Below the pieces are notes generated by a model. It saw only the letters and a list, made by a program, of their open reading frames with translations, was not told the DNA's origin and searched no databases. From positions 2,912,001 to 2,976,000 of the forward strand of contig OZ245002.1 of NCBI GenBank assembly GCA_965223415.1: a stretch of 64,000 nt of DNA, written 5' to 3'. The stretch comes from Myxococcota bacterium. Its GTDB lineage: Bacteria; Myxococcota_A; UBA9160; UBA6930. The translations under genes were made by a program, and so were the position numbers. The number at the start of each line of letters is the position of its first letter. Position 1 is the first letter of the stretch. This document shows positions 10,274-20,231 of this stretch, in pieces.

Positions 10274-11233
10274 GTGAAGGCCCTCTTCTTCGACGGCCGC
10301 CGCGCCAGCGTGGAGGATCGCCCGGATCCCGAGCCCGGCGGCGACATGGCGCTCGTGCGGGTACGGCTGGCGGGCGTCTGCAACACGGATCTCGAGATCG
10401 CTCGGGGCTACATGGGCTTCCGGGGCGTGCTCGGCCACGAGTTCGTCGGCGAGGTGGAGGAGGGGCCGGAGCCGTGGCGCGGCCGGCGCGTGGTGGGCGA
10501 GATCAACTTCGCCTGCGGGAGCTGCGAGCGCTGCCGCGCGGGCATGGGCCGCCACTGCGCCACTCGCAAGGTGATGGGCATCCTGGGGGCGGACGGCGCC
10601 TTCGCCGAGCGGGTCGCCGTGCCCGTCGCCAACCTGCACCGGGTGCCGGAAGCGCTGCCGGACGAGAGCGCCGTCTTCACCGAGCCCCTGGCTGCCGCCT
10701 TCGAGATCCTCGAGCAGGTCCGGGTGACCCCCGAGATGCGTTGCGTCGTGCTCGGCGACGGCAAGCTCGGCCTGCTCGTCGCCCAGGTGCTCGCGGGCAC
10801 CGGTGCCCAGGTGAAGGCCGTGGGACGGCACGAGGAGAAGCTCGCGCACCTGGAGAGGGCCGGCATCGAGACCTCCGCGGCGGGTGCCTTCGACGCGGCG
10901 GCGGAGGACGCGGACCTGGTCGTCGAGGCCACCGGCAGCGCTCGCGGCTTCGAGCAGGCCGTCGCCGCCACGCGGCCCCGCGGCACCCTCGTGCTGAAGA
11001 GCACCGTCGCCGAGCGCCCGGAGCTCGATCTCGCGCCGCTGGTGATCGACGAGATCCAGCTGGTGGGCTCGCGCTGCGGCCCCTTCGAACCGGCGCTCGA
11101 CGCCCTGGCCGAGGGCCGCGTCTCCGTCGCGCCCCTCGTGAGCGAGACCTTCCCCCTCGCCCGCGCCCCCCAGGCCCTCTCCCGCGCCGCCGAGCCGGGC
11201 GTGCTGAAGGTCATGATCGACTGCGCAGGCTGA
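10274..11233 (+). CDS. Zinc-dependent MDR alcohol dehydrogenase-like protein
   Basis: GVCNTD, GHEFVG, CGSCERC...HC, GDGKLG, GSRCGPF. Confidence 0.92.
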   Translation: MKALFFDGRRASVEDRPDPEPGGDMALVRVRLAGVCNTDLEIARGYMGFRGVLGHEFVGEVEEGPEPWRGRRVVGEINFACGSCERCRAGMGRHCATRKVMGILGADGAFAERVAVPVANLHRVPEALPDESAVFTEPLAAAFEILEQVRVTPEMRCVVLGDGKLGLLVAQVLAGTGAQVKAVGRHEEKLAHLERAGIETSAAGAFDAAAEDADLVVEATGSARGFEQAVAATRPRGTLVLKSTVAERPELDLAPLVIDEIQLVGSRCGPFEPALDALAEGRVSVAPLVSETFPLARAPQALSRAAEPGVLKVMIDCAG

Positions 11234-11253
11234 CGCCTCGAAGGGAGACGCCC

Positions 11254-11748
11254 ATGGCGGAAACCGCTGCGGCACTCAGCGCCGTACAGATCACGCTGAT
11301 CGAAGAGGCCAGGCTCTTCTTCGTCGCCTCGGCCCATCCACGGCTCGAGCCCGGCCCGGAGGGCCAGGGCCCGGTCAACTGCTCACCCAAGGGAAACGTC
11401 CCCCTCACCGTCCTCGACGCGCGGACCGTGGCCTACCTCGACTACCACGGAAGCGGCAACGAGACGGCGCGCCACGCGCTCGCCGACGGGCCGGTCACCG
11501 TGATGGTCATGTCGCTCGATGCCGAAGACGCGGCGATCCTGCGGCTCTACGGCCGCGCCGAGATCCAGCCGCTCGAATCCTCGCCCCTGGCTGACCGCCT
11601 CCTCCAACGATGCCGGGATCGCAAGGGGCTGCGCCAGGTGGTGTTGCTGCACGTCGAGAGCGCGCGCATGAGCTGCGGCTACGGCGTCCCGGTGTACGAG
11701 TATCGGGGCGACCGCGAGAGGTCCCAGCGCGGCCGCCGCTTCAAGTAG
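11254..11748 (+). CDS. Pyridoxamine 5'-phosphate oxidase family FMN-binding protein
   Basis: FFVASA, VNCSPKG, YLDYHGSGNET, ILRLYG, SCGYGVP. Confidence 0.88.
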   Translation: MAETAAALSAVQITLIEEARLFFVASAHPRLEPGPEGQGPVNCSPKGNVPLTVLDARTVAYLDYHGSGNETARHALADGPVTVMVMSLDAEDAAILRLYGRAEIQPLESSPLADRLLQRCRDRKGLRQVVLLHVESARMSCGYGVPVYEYRGDRERSQRGRRFK

Positions 11749-11751
11749 GGC

Positions 11752-12723
11752 TCACGGCAGCAACAGCACCTTTCCGGTCGTGCGGCGGCCTTCGAGGGCG
11801 CGATGGGCCTCGGCCGCTTCGGCCAGGGGGAAGCGCGCGCCGATGCGCACCTCGAGGCTTCCGGCGGCGACATCGCCGAGGATGGCGCCGGCGCGCAGCT
11901 CGAGCTCCTCCCGGGTGGCGGTGTAGTGGGCAAGGGAGGGCCGCGTCACGAACAGCGATCCACCCAGGTTCAGGCGCTGCAGATCGAAAGGCGCGACCGG
12001 CCCGCTCGACTGCCCGTAGAGCGCCAGGAGGCCGCGAGGACGAAGGCACTGGAGGCTGCCGTCGAAGGTCGCCTGGCCCACGGCGTCGTAGACGACGTCG
12101 CAGCCGCGGCCGCCGGTGAGCTCCGCCACCCGGGGCGCGAAGTCGACCTCGTCGTAGCGGATCACGTGGTCGGCGCCGGCCTTGCGCGCGAGCTGGACCT
12201 TCTCGGCCGCTCCGCAGGTGCCGATCACCGTGGCGCCAGCCTGCTTCAGCAGCTGGATCAGGAGCAGGCCGACGCCACCGGCGGCCGCGTGCACGAGCGC
12301 GGTGTCGCCCTCGGCGGGCGTCCGGCAGCCGTGCACCAGGTAGTGCGCGGTCATTCCCTGGAGCATCGCGGCCCCGGCGGTCTCGTCGTCCACGGCATCG
12401 GGCACCTTCACCAGGTTCGCGGCGGGTGCCACGACGGCCTCGGCGTAGGATCCCGGCGCAGCGGCCCAGGCCACCCGGTCACCGGCCGCGAGACCGTCCA
12501 CCTCCGGTCCCACCGCCTCCACCACGCCGCAGCCCTCGAGGCCCGCCACGAAGGGAGTGGGACGCGGGTAGAGCCCGCTGCGCATGTAGACGTCGATGAA
12601 GTTCACGCCGGCTGCGCGCAGCGCGATTCGAACCTGTCCAACGCCGGGCTCTTCCGGGTCGTGCTCCTGCCACGACAGGACCGAGGCATCTCCCGGCTCG
12701 CGGACGACGATGGCGTGGGGCAT
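11752..12723 (-). CDS. qor: NADPH:quinone oxidoreductase (zeta-crystallin type)
   Basis: GVNFID, AMLQGMTAHYL, HAAAGGVG, YGQSSG, GSLFVTRP, TTGKVLL. Confidence 0.92.
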   Translation of the reverse strand: MPHAIVVREPGDASVLSWQEHDPEEPGVGQVRIALRAAGVNFIDVYMRSGLYPRPTPFVAGLEGCGVVEAVGPEVDGLAAGDRVAWAAAPGSYAEAVVAPAANLVKVPDAVDDETAGAAMLQGMTAHYLVHGCRTPAEGDTALVHAAAGGVGLLLIQLLKQAGATVIGTCGAAEKVQLARKAGADHVIRYDEVDFAPRVAELTGGRGCDVVYDAVGQATFDGSLQCLRPRGLLALYGQSSGPVAPFDLQRLNLGGSLFVTRPSLAHYTATREELELRAGAILGDVAAGSLEVRIGARFPLAEAAEAHRALEGRRTTGKVLLLP

Positions 12724-12759
12724 GGCCGCCATGCTACGCCGTCCGGTGAAGGAGATCCC

Positions 12760-13422
12760 ATGGGCGAGATCGGGCTCTACGAGGCGATGTCGACGCTGCG
12801 GGCCGTGCGCCGGCTGCGACCGGACCCGATCCCCGAGGAGGTCCTGCGGCGGATCCTCGAGGCGGCCACCTGGGCGCCGAGCGGCGGCAACCGGCAGCCG
12901 TGGCGCGTCGTCATCGTGCGGGAGCCCGGGACGAAGCAGCGCCTGGGTGAGTTGTACGCGGAGCGATGGAAGGGCTTCGCCGCCGGCTACGCAGAGAGGC
13001 TCGAGGGCCTTCCCGCGGAGGTCGCCGCTGCCACGAAGAAGATGCTCGGTGCCGGTGACTTCCTGGCCGAGCACTTCCACGAGACGCCGGCCATCTTGAT
13101 CTTCTGCTTCGACCCGCGCGAGATGGCGATCACCGACGCGAGGCTGGATCGCGTCTCCGTGGTGGGCGGGGGCTCGGTGTATCCCGCCGTCCAGAACGCA
13201 TTGCTGGCCTGCCGCGCCGAGGGACTCGGCTGCACGCTCACCACGCTGCTGTGCGCCTGCGAGGGCGAGGTGCGGGAGCTGCTCGGCATCCCCGAAGGCT
13301 GGGGCACCGCCTGTGCCATCCCGATCGGCTACCCGCGCGGCAAGGGCCACGGACCGATCTCGCGGCGTCCGCCGGAGCGCATGGCCTTCGCCGACCGCTG
13401 GGACGCCCCGTTTCCCGGATGA
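12760..13422 (+). CDS. Nitroreductase family protein
   Basis: TLRAVRR, APSGGNRQPW, SVYPAVQNALLACRAEGLG, IPIGYP. Confidence 0.92.
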   Translation: MGEIGLYEAMSTLRAVRRLRPDPIPEEVLRRILEAATWAPSGGNRQPWRVVIVREPGTKQRLGELYAERWKGFAAGYAERLEGLPAEVAAATKKMLGAGDFLAEHFHETPAILIFCFDPREMAITDARLDRVSVVGGGSVYPAVQNALLACRAEGLGCTLTTLLCACEGEVRELLGIPEGWGTACAIPIGYPRGKGHGPISRRPPERMAFADRWDAPFPG

Positions 13423-14570
13423 GTCACGGAACGGTCGCCGCCGCCGAGGCCCTCGTGCCGCTCCTGCGGGAACGCGCCGACGAGATCGAAGCGACCCGGC
13501 ACCTTCCGCGGGATCTCTCCGACCGCTTCGCGCGCGAGGGCTTCTACCGCCTCTACGTGCCCGAGAGCTGCGGTGGTCTCGAGGCGCCGCCCGCCGACGC
13601 CATGCGCACGGTGGAGACCCTGGCGCGGGGCGACGGCTCGGCGGCCTGGTGCGTCTTCATCGGCGCGACCTCCGGCACGGCGCTCGCCCTGCTCCCGGAC
13701 GATGCCGCGAAGGAGATCTTCGTCCGGCCGGAGACGCTCTTGTGCGGCGTGTTCGCACCGCGCGGGACGGCGGATGCCGAGCCCGGCGGCTTCCGGGTGA
13801 ACGGGCGCTGGGCCTGGGGCTCCGGCACCGAGAACGCCGACTGGATCCTGGCCGGCTGCGCCGTCCGCCGCGACGGCGAGACCGAGACCTTCCCGAACGG
13901 CGCCCCGCGCCCCTACATGATGGTCGTGCCCCGCGCGGAGGTGGAGCTCCTCGACACGTGGCACGTCGCCGGCTTGTGCGGGACCGGGAGCACGGACTTC
14001 CAGATCCGCGATGCCTTCGTTCCGGAACGCCACGTCGCCGGCCTCCTGGCGCGCCGTCCCCGGGATCGCCCTCTCTATGCGTTTCCCCAGTTCGGGCTCC
14101 TCGCGATGGGTGTCGCCGCAGTCGCCCTCGGGCTCGCGGCAGCCGCCGTGGAGGAGCTCGTCGCCCTGGCCGACGCGAAGACGCCGAGCATGAGCAGCCG
14201 CACCCTGGCCCGCCGGCCCAGCACCCAGGCCGCCGTCGCCGAGGCGGAGGCCCTGCGCCGCTCGGCCCGGGCCTTCTACTACGAGGCCGTCGACCGCGCC
14301 TGGGATGCGGCCCGACGAGGCGGCCAGCTCGACGTCGAGCATCGGCGCGACCTTCGCCTCGCCACGACCCACGCCACCCACGCGGCGGCCCAGGCGGTGG
14401 ATCGGATGTACCACGTGGCCGGCGGCAGCTCGGTCTATCGCAGCTCCCCGCTGCAACGCATCTTCCGCGACGTCCACGTCGCGACCCAACACATGATGGT
14501 GTCTGCCAGCACGCTGGAGCTGACCGGCCGGCTGCTCCTCGGCCTCGAGACCGACGTGGCCCAGCTCTGA
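13419..14570 (+). CDS. Flavin-dependent monooxygenase, oxygenase subunit (HsaA/ACAD-like)
   Basis: GSAAW, VNGRWAWGSG, TWHVAGLCGTGS, LQRIFRDVHVATQH. Confidence 0.88.
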   Translation: MSHGTVAAAEALVPLLRERADEIEATRHLPRDLSDRFAREGFYRLYVPESCGGLEAPPADAMRTVETLARGDGSAAWCVFIGATSGTALALLPDDAAKEIFVRPETLLCGVFAPRGTADAEPGGFRVNGRWAWGSGTENADWILAGCAVRRDGETETFPNGAPRPYMMVVPRAEVELLDTWHVAGLCGTGSTDFQIRDAFVPERHVAGLLARRPRDRPLYAFPQFGLLAMGVAAVALGLAAAAVEELVALADAKTPSMSSRTLARRPSTQAAVAEAEALRRSARAFYYEAVDRAWDAARRGGQLDVEHRRDLRLATTHATHAAAQAVDRMYHVAGGSSVYRSSPLQRIFRDVHVATQHMMVSASTLELTGRLLLGLETDVAQL

Positions 14571-15496
14571 TGCCCGGCCCCATCCGTGTTGGCCCCCTGG
14601 CCAGCCCCGAGATGCTCACGGCGCCGGTCCCGCGGCGCCGTGAGCTCTTCGCCCGCGTCGAGAGCGCCGGCCTCGATCACGTCTTCGTCGCGGATCACGT
14701 GAGCTTCTTCGTCGGCGCCGGCATGGACGGCCTGGTCCAGGCCGCCATGGCCGCGACCCTCGCTCCGGGTCTCCGCGTCGTCGTCGGCGTCTACCTCCTC
14801 GCGTTGCGCCACCCGGTTCCCGTCGCCCGCCAGATCGCCACCCTGTGCGAAGCCGCCCCGGGCCGCCTGATGCTCGGCGTGGGCGTCGGCGGCGAGGATC
14901 GCCACGAGATCGAGGTCTGCGGGGTCGACCCCCGCACTCGCGGTCGGCGCACCGACGAATGCCTGGCGATCCTCCGCCGCCTGCTCTCGGGCGAGAAGCT
15001 CACCTGGAAGGGCGAGTTCTTCGCCTTCGAGGACGCCTGGATCCTCCCCGCTCCGGACCCGCCGGTACCCCTGGTCGTCGGCGGCCGCAGCGACGCCGCC
15101 GTCCGCCGCGCAGGCCGCCTGGGCGACGGCTGGCTCGGGGTCTGGTGCTCGCCGCGACGCTATGCGGGCGTGCTCGCCGAGATCGCCGCCCACGCCAGGG
15201 AAGCCGGACGCGACGCTCTCCCGAACGAGCACGGTCTCCAGGTGTGGGTCGGCGTCGACCGGGACCGATCCCGCGCCCGCGAGCGTCTCGCGAAGGGAAT
15301 GCAGGATTTCTACCGCATCCCCTTCGATCGCTTCGAGCGCTACAGCCCGTATGGATCGGCGAAAGAGGTGGCCGACGAACTCGCGGGGTACGTGGAGGCG
15401 GGGTGTCGATTCTTCAACGTGATGCCGGTGGCTGAATCTGCGGAGGCGGGGATCGATGCTGTGGCGGAGATCCGGGAGCGGCTGAACCGGGGCTGA
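14570..15496 (+). CDS. LLM class flavin-dependent oxidoreductase
   Basis: DHVFVADH, LRHPVPVARQIATL, GRLMLGVGVG, GGRSDAAVRRAGRLGDGW. Confidence 0.9.
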   Translation: MPGPIRVGPLASPEMLTAPVPRRRELFARVESAGLDHVFVADHVSFFVGAGMDGLVQAAMAATLAPGLRVVVGVYLLALRHPVPVARQIATLCEAAPGRLMLGVGVGGEDRHEIEVCGVDPRTRGRRTDECLAILRRLLSGEKLTWKGEFFAFEDAWILPAPDPPVPLVVGGRSDAAVRRAGRLGDGWLGVWCSPRRYAGVLAEIAAHAREAGRDALPNEHGLQVWVGVDRDRSRARERLAKGMQDFYRIPFDRFERYSPYGSAKEVADELAGYVEAGCRFFNVMPVAESAEAGIDAVAEIRERLNRG

Positions 15497-15514
15497 GAGG
15501 ACGACCGCGACCCG

Positions 15515-16324
15515 CTACACCAGCTTCTCCGGGCTCTCCAGGTACGCCTTGATCCCCGCCAGCGTGATTCCGGCGTAGAGGCCGTCCTCGATGCGCTCGT
15601 CGTAGGAGTACCGGACGTGCATGACGCGCTTGCCGTCGGCGCGCTCGCGGACGCGGCCGAGCATGGCGAAGGCCGGGCAGGTGCCGTGCTCCCAGAGGTG
15701 GTGGTAGCCGGGGTCCATGTCGAGGGAGCCGAGGTTGGCGACGAAGACGGAGGTGAACATCGGATCGCCTTCGATCATCGAACGGGGGAGCAGGCCGAAG
15801 TGGTCGGCCAGGTGGATCAGGCCCATCACGCCCCGGATGAGCAAGGGAGGGAGGAGGCCCAGCGCGAGCTTCATCTCCTTGTCGCTGGCGGTCTTCTCGC
15901 CGCCGCGCTGGCGGGTGAGGCGGTCGAGCACCGCGTCGGTCATCTCGCCGAGTCCCTCGTCCTCGGCGAACTCCCGCTTCACGGTCAGGAGCTTCGCGCC
16001 GTCCACGATCTCCTGCTTGGCGCTGAAGGTGATCCACACGCCCTTGCGCTGCCACAGGCGGCCGCCGCTCGTGAAGCGATTGACGTGGGGACGCATGTGG
16101 AAGTGCATCGACAGGGAGCGGAGGTAGAGGTGGAAGAGCGTCATGCGGCGCTCGGGCGGACGCTTCGCGTTCCGCTCCTCCAGGAAACGCAAGGCAGTGT
16201 CCACTTCGATCTCGCTGTCGAAATAGACCAGCGATTCGTTCCGCCGAGGCGAGACGAAGGGCATGAAGCGACGCATGGTCGAGAGATCGCGCACCAGCGT
16301 GGCGTCGGCACGGCGTCCGAACAT
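15515..16324 (-). CDS. Stand-alone 2-oxoacid dehydrogenase E2-like (CAT-fold) acyltransferase domain
   Basis: P-x-VNRF, FVANLGS, YHHLWEHGT, DERIEDG in place of DHRxxDG; no lipoyl domain. Confidence 0.8.
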   Translation of the reverse strand: MFGRRADATLVRDLSTMRRFMPFVSPRRNESLVYFDSEIEVDTALRFLEERNAKRPPERRMTLFHLYLRSLSMHFHMRPHVNRFTSGGRLWQRKGVWITFSAKQEIVDGAKLLTVKREFAEDEGLGEMTDAVLDRLTRQRGGEKTASDKEMKLALGLLPPLLIRGVMGLIHLADHFGLLPRSMIEGDPMFTSVFVANLGSLDMDPGYHHLWEHGTCPAFAMLGRVRERADGKRVMHVRYSYDERIEDGLYAGITLAGIKAYLESPEKLV

Positions 16325-16518
16325 GAGGTCCTCCCGTTCTCCAGAACATAGAGCCGATGGGCCGGGCGGTCGCGGCGGCTGCCTTCCGGGCCTACCCCGG
16401 GTCGGCGGGAGATGGAGCCGGAGCTGCTCGTCGAGGGGCTGCCCTTCGACATCGCCTGGATCGCAGGCCGGTGCGCCGACGTCAACGTGGGCGAAGCGAA
16501 GCGCTAGCCGGGAGCGCC

Positions 16519-17427
16519 TCAGTCGTGGAGGTCGGGCTCCATGAAGAGCCAGCCGAGGTCCGGCACCTCCTCGCGGAGACGGCGCTCGAGGGCGTTGATG
16601 TGGGCGATCGCCTCGTTCAGGGGCAGACCGGGCGTCATACGCAGCTTCGCCGCCAGCATGATCTGCGGCCCGACCTGCAGGGTGATCACGTTGAAGATCT
16701 CGATGATGTCCGGATCGCGTTCGATCTCCCGGGCGATGACGGCCGCGATCTCGGGATCCGCGGAGCGACCGATCAGCAGCTTCGCGATTCGGAAGGCGAC
16801 GAACAGCGCGACGATCACGAGGAGCCCCCCGATCGCCATCGAGCCATAGGCGTCCCAGATCCCGTCGCCGGTGACGGTCGCGATGAGGACGAAGACGAAG
16901 GCGATCGCCAGGCCCGAGAGCGCCGCCAGGTCCTCGCCGAAGACCACGACCAGCTCGGAGTTGCGCGACTGGTTGAGCCAGCTCCAGAGGCTGCGGCCGT
17001 GGCGCACCTTCTCGACCTCGACCATGCAGCCTCGCATGCTGATCCCCTCGAGCACGATCGAGAAGGCGAGCACGAGGAGGGCCACCCAGGAGTTCTCGAT
17101 CGGTCCGGTCTCGTGGAGCTTGTGGTAGCCCTCGTAGAGGGAGAAGAGGCCGCCGATGCTGAAGAGCAGCATCGCGACGATGAAGCTCCAGAAGTAGGTC
17201 ACCTTGCCGTAGCCGAGCGGGTGCTCCGCATCCGCCGGCTTCTGGGCGCGCTTCAGACCGAGCAGCAGCAGGAGCTGGTTGCCCGAGTCGGCGTAGGAGT
17301 GGATCGCCTCGGCCGTCATGCTCGAAGAGCCCGTGGAGACGGCGGCGGCCGTCTTCGCAATGGCGATGCCCGCGTTCGCGAAGAACGCGTAGAGGATGGC
17401 CTTGATCGGATTGCTGCCACCTGCCAT
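16519..17427 (-). CDS. Cation diffusion facilitator (CDF) transporter
   Basis: AEAIHSYADSGNQ, HPLGYGK, EDLAAL, FMEPD. Confidence 0.92.
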   Translation of the reverse strand: MAGGSNPIKAILYAFFANAGIAIAKTAAAVSTGSSSMTAEAIHSYADSGNQLLLLLGLKRAQKPADAEHPLGYGKVTYFWSFIVAMLLFSIGGLFSLYEGYHKLHETGPIENSWVALLVLAFSIVLEGISMRGCMVEVEKVRHGRSLWSWLNQSRNSELVVVFGEDLAALSGLAIAFVFVLIATVTGDGIWDAYGSMAIGGLLVIVALFVAFRIAKLLIGRSADPEIAAVIAREIERDPDIIEIFNVITLQVGPQIMLAAKLRMTPGLPLNEAIAHINALERRLREEVPDLGWLFMEPDLHD

Positions 17428-17438
17428 GGGGCGGAAGT

Positions 17439-18362
17439 CTACGCCTTCTTCCGCTTCTTCGCGGGCAAGCGGACCGCGTCGTCCCACGCGGGAGATTCGA
17501 GCACCTCGACCATGTAGTCGATGAACGCACGCACCTTGGGGGAGAGGTGACGGTTGGCGGGATAGACCGCCCAGAAGCCGGCCTCGCGCTCGCTCGTGTC
17601 GTCCACGAGGAGCGGGACGAGCCGGCCGGCGCGAAGCTGGTCGGCGACCAGGAACACCGGGAGGTAGACGATCCCCGCGCCCGCCAGGGCCGCCTGGAGC
17701 AGCGCGTCGCCGTTGTCGATATTGAGTCGGCCGTGGGTCGTGACCTTGCGGCCGCCGTTGAAGTTCCACGTGTCCGGGGGCGGGGCGTAGCCCAGACACT
17801 CGTGGTCCTCGAGGTCTTCCGGCGCCCGCGGCGTCCCGTGGTCCTTCAGGTAGGTCGGCGAGGCGCACACGACGGCATGGACCGAGGCGAGGCGCCGCGC
17901 GACCAGGCTCGAATCCCGCAGCGTGCCGACCCGCAGGGCGAGGTCGAACTTCTCGCGCACCAGGTCGATCATCCGATCGGTGAGATCCAGGTCGATCCGC
18001 ACCTCCGGGTGGCGCTCCAGGAAGCCGGGCAGGAGGGGCGCGAGCTGGCGCTGACCGAAGGACATCGGTGCGGCGATGCGGATCTCGCCGCGGGGCTCCG
18101 CCTGGAGCTCGCTCACCGAGAGCTCGGCGAGCTCCGCCTCCTCGACCACCCGCTGGCAACGGGCGTGGAAGGCCTCGCCGATCTCGGTGAGGCTCATGGT
18201 CCGCGTGGTGCGCCGCAGGAGCTGGGCGCCGAGACGCTTCTCGAGGGCCGCGATCTCCTTGCTCACGGCGGCCTTCGATCGGCCCAGGTGCTTGGCGGCC
18301 GCCGTGAAGCTGCCCCGGGCCACCACCTCGTGGAAGACGAGCATGGCGGCGGTGTTCTGCAT
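17439..18362 (-). CDS. LysR family transcriptional regulator (CrgA-like)
   Basis: GSFTAAA...AVSKEIAALE...LLRRTTR, FDLALR, LSPKVRAFID. Confidence 0.95.
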   Translation of the reverse strand: MQNTAAMLVFHEVVARGSFTAAAKHLGRSKAAVSKEIAALEKRLGAQLLRRTTRTMSLTEIGEAFHARCQRVVEEAELAELSVSELQAEPRGEIRIAAPMSFGQRQLAPLLPGFLERHPEVRIDLDLTDRMIDLVREKFDLALRVGTLRDSSLVARRLASVHAVVCASPTYLKDHGTPRAPEDLEDHECLGYAPPPDTWNFNGGRKVTTHGRLNIDNGDALLQAALAGAGIVYLPVFLVADQLRAGRLVPLLVDDTSEREAGFWAVYPANRHLSPKVRAFIDYMVEVLESPAWDDAVRLPAKKRKKA

Positions 18363-18381
18363 TCGGGCTTCGTTTCCCACT

Positions 18382-18416
18382 GGAAACAATCATATCGTGA
18401 TGACCCTATTGTCTCC
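18382..18416. promoter_or_regulatory. Probable LysR binding region in a divergent promoter
   Basis: AT-rich imperfect inverted repeat GGAAACAAT...ATTGTCTCC just upstream of the LysR gene. Confidence 0.5.
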
Positions 18417-18461
18417 ATAGCTGCACCCACCGATGCTGCTCTCATCGCGCCCCGGAGACCC

Positions 18462-18857
18462 ATGATGTTCCGATCCCTTCGAGCCCCGTTCACGATCCTG
18501 GCGCTCACCGCCCTTCTGGCCGCGCCGAGCACGGGCCAGAGCCTGGCCACCCCCCGCGCCGCTCTCGTGGTGCTGCCGGCGGTCGCCGGCCAGCGCGCCG
18601 CGGTGCCCGCCGACCAGCGGGTCGTCTTCCGCAACGACGCGGAGCAGACCACCCGGGTCGTCTTCCACCGCCGGGACGCGAAGCGCGTTCGCTGCGATGG
18701 GGCCGTGGGGGTGAGCCGCTCCCGGGCGGGCCAGTACACGGTGCAGCCCGGAGCCGAGCTGCTCTGCTCCCTCGAGCCCGGCGGCTACCGCTACGAGACC
18801 CTGACGTCGGTGCACGGCGCGATCGAGCGCGAGAGGGCGCGCATCGACGCACGCTGA
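18462..18857 (+). CDS. Hypothetical exported protein, possibly cupredoxin-like beta-sandwich
   Basis: Signal peptide, RVVFRND, LEPGGYRY; divergent from LysR. Confidence 0.6.
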   Translation: MMFRSLRAPFTILALTALLAAPSTGQSLATPRAALVVLPAVAGQRAAVPADQRVVFRNDAEQTTRVVFHRRDAKRVRCDGAVGVSRSRAGQYTVQPGAELLCSLEPGGYRYETLTSVHGAIERERARIDAR

Positions 18858-18862
18858 CCCGA

Positions 18863-19543
18863 CTACTGGAGCAGCGGAGCCAGGGCCTGCCAGACCGTCT
18901 CCGCGACGATCTGCTGCCCCTCCGCAGTCGGGTGGATGCCGTCGGCCTGGTTCAACGCCGGGTCGGCGGCCACCCCCTCCAGCAGGAAGGGGATGCGGAC
19001 GGCGCCCTGGGACCTGGCGAACTCCTCGAAGGTCGCCTCGAATGCGGCGCCGTAGTCCGGGCCCAGGTTCGGCGCTGCGCGCATCCCCGCCACGATCAGC
19101 CGGGCCCCGGGATGGGCGGTGCGGGTCTTGTCGGCGATCCCGCGCAGGTTGGCCCGCAGGGCCGGAACGTCCAGACCGCGGAGCATGTCGTTGGCCCCGA
19201 GCTCGATCACGAGCACGGCCAGCGGGAGGCGCAGCAGCCAGTCGAGCCGGCGCAGGCCGCCCGCCGAGGTATCGCCGCTGACGCCCGCGTTCACCACCCG
19301 ATAGGCGAGGCCGGCCCGGTCGATGCGCTCCTGGAGGAGGGCGGGGTAGGCCTCCTCCGCCGGCAGGCCGTAGCCGGCGGTAAGGCTGGTTCCGAGGAAC
19401 GCGATCACCGGTCGCGAATCCGCGCGGGCCTGCGGCTCGGACGAGGGCGCAGGCGCACCGCGAGGAGCCCCGTCGCCACAGGCGAGAAGCCATGCGACGA
19501 GCCACGCCAGCCAGTAACGTTGCCTGCGCGTTGCCCCGTGCAT
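18863..19543 (-). CDS. tesA: GDSL/SGNH arylesterase (TesA-like lipoprotein)
   Basis: FLGTSLTAGYG, NAGVSGDTS, ELGAND, DGIHP; LLAC lipobox. Confidence 0.92.
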   Translation of the reverse strand: MHGATRRQRYWLAWLVAWLLACGDGAPRGAPAPSSEPQARADSRPVIAFLGTSLTAGYGLPAEEAYPALLQERIDRAGLAYRVVNAGVSGDTSAGGLRRLDWLLRLPLAVLVIELGANDMLRGLDVPALRANLRGIADKTRTAHPGARLIVAGMRAAPNLGPDYGAAFEATFEEFARSQGAVRIPFLLEGVAADPALNQADGIHPTAEGQQIVAETVWQALAPLLQ

Positions 19544-20231
19544 GCCGATGATCGTCGCCAGGAATCTTGCCCAGCGCTACCCGCGCGCTGACGGCTCGCC
19601 GTTGACCGTGCTCGAAGACGTCGACCTCGACGTGGACGAGGGCGAGGTAGTGGTCGTCCTCGGCCCCTCCGGAAGTGGCAAGACGACCTTGCTCGGCCTG
19701 CTGGCCGGGCTCGACCTGCCGAGCGAGGGAAGCGTCACCCTTGCCGGCATCGACCAGGGTGCGCTCAGCGAGGACGAACGCGCCAGCTTCCGCGCAGAGC
19801 ACGTCGGCTTCGTGTTCCAGAACTTCCAGCTGATCCCGACGCTCACGGCCCACGAGAACGTGCGGGTGCCGCTCGAGCTCCTGCCGGAGGCGCGGGCGCC
19901 GGGTGCGCCGGAGGCCGAAGCCCGCGCCGACGCCCTGCTCGCGCGGGTCGGCCTGGCGGAGCGCACCGACCACTTCCCGAGCCAGCTCTCCGGCGGCGAG
20001 CAGCAGCGGGTCGGGCTGGCCCGCGCCTTCGCCGCCGAGCCGGCGGTGCTGTTCGCCGACGAGCCCACGGGCAACCTCGACCGGGCCACCGGAGAGCGCG
20101 TGGCGGACCTCCTGTTCGAGCTGAACCGGGAGGCCGGCACGACCCTCGTCATCGTCACCCACGACATGGCGCTGGCCGAACGCGCCGGCCGCGTCGTGCG
20201 TCTCGAGGCGGGGCGGGTCCAGGCCCCGTGA
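19542..20231 (+). CDS. ybbA: ABC transporter ATP-binding protein (YbbA-like)
   Basis: GPSGSGKT, LSGGEQQR, ADEPTGNLD; divergent from tesA. Confidence 0.92.
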   Translation: MPMIVARNLAQRYPRADGSPLTVLEDVDLDVDEGEVVVVLGPSGSGKTTLLGLLAGLDLPSEGSVTLAGIDQGALSEDERASFRAEHVGFVFQNFQLIPTLTAHENVRVPLELLPEARAPGAPEAEARADALLARVGLAERTDHFPSQLSGGEQQRVGLARAFAAEPAVLFADEPTGNLDRATGERVADLLFELNREAGTTLVIVTHDMALAERAGRVVRLEAGRVQAP

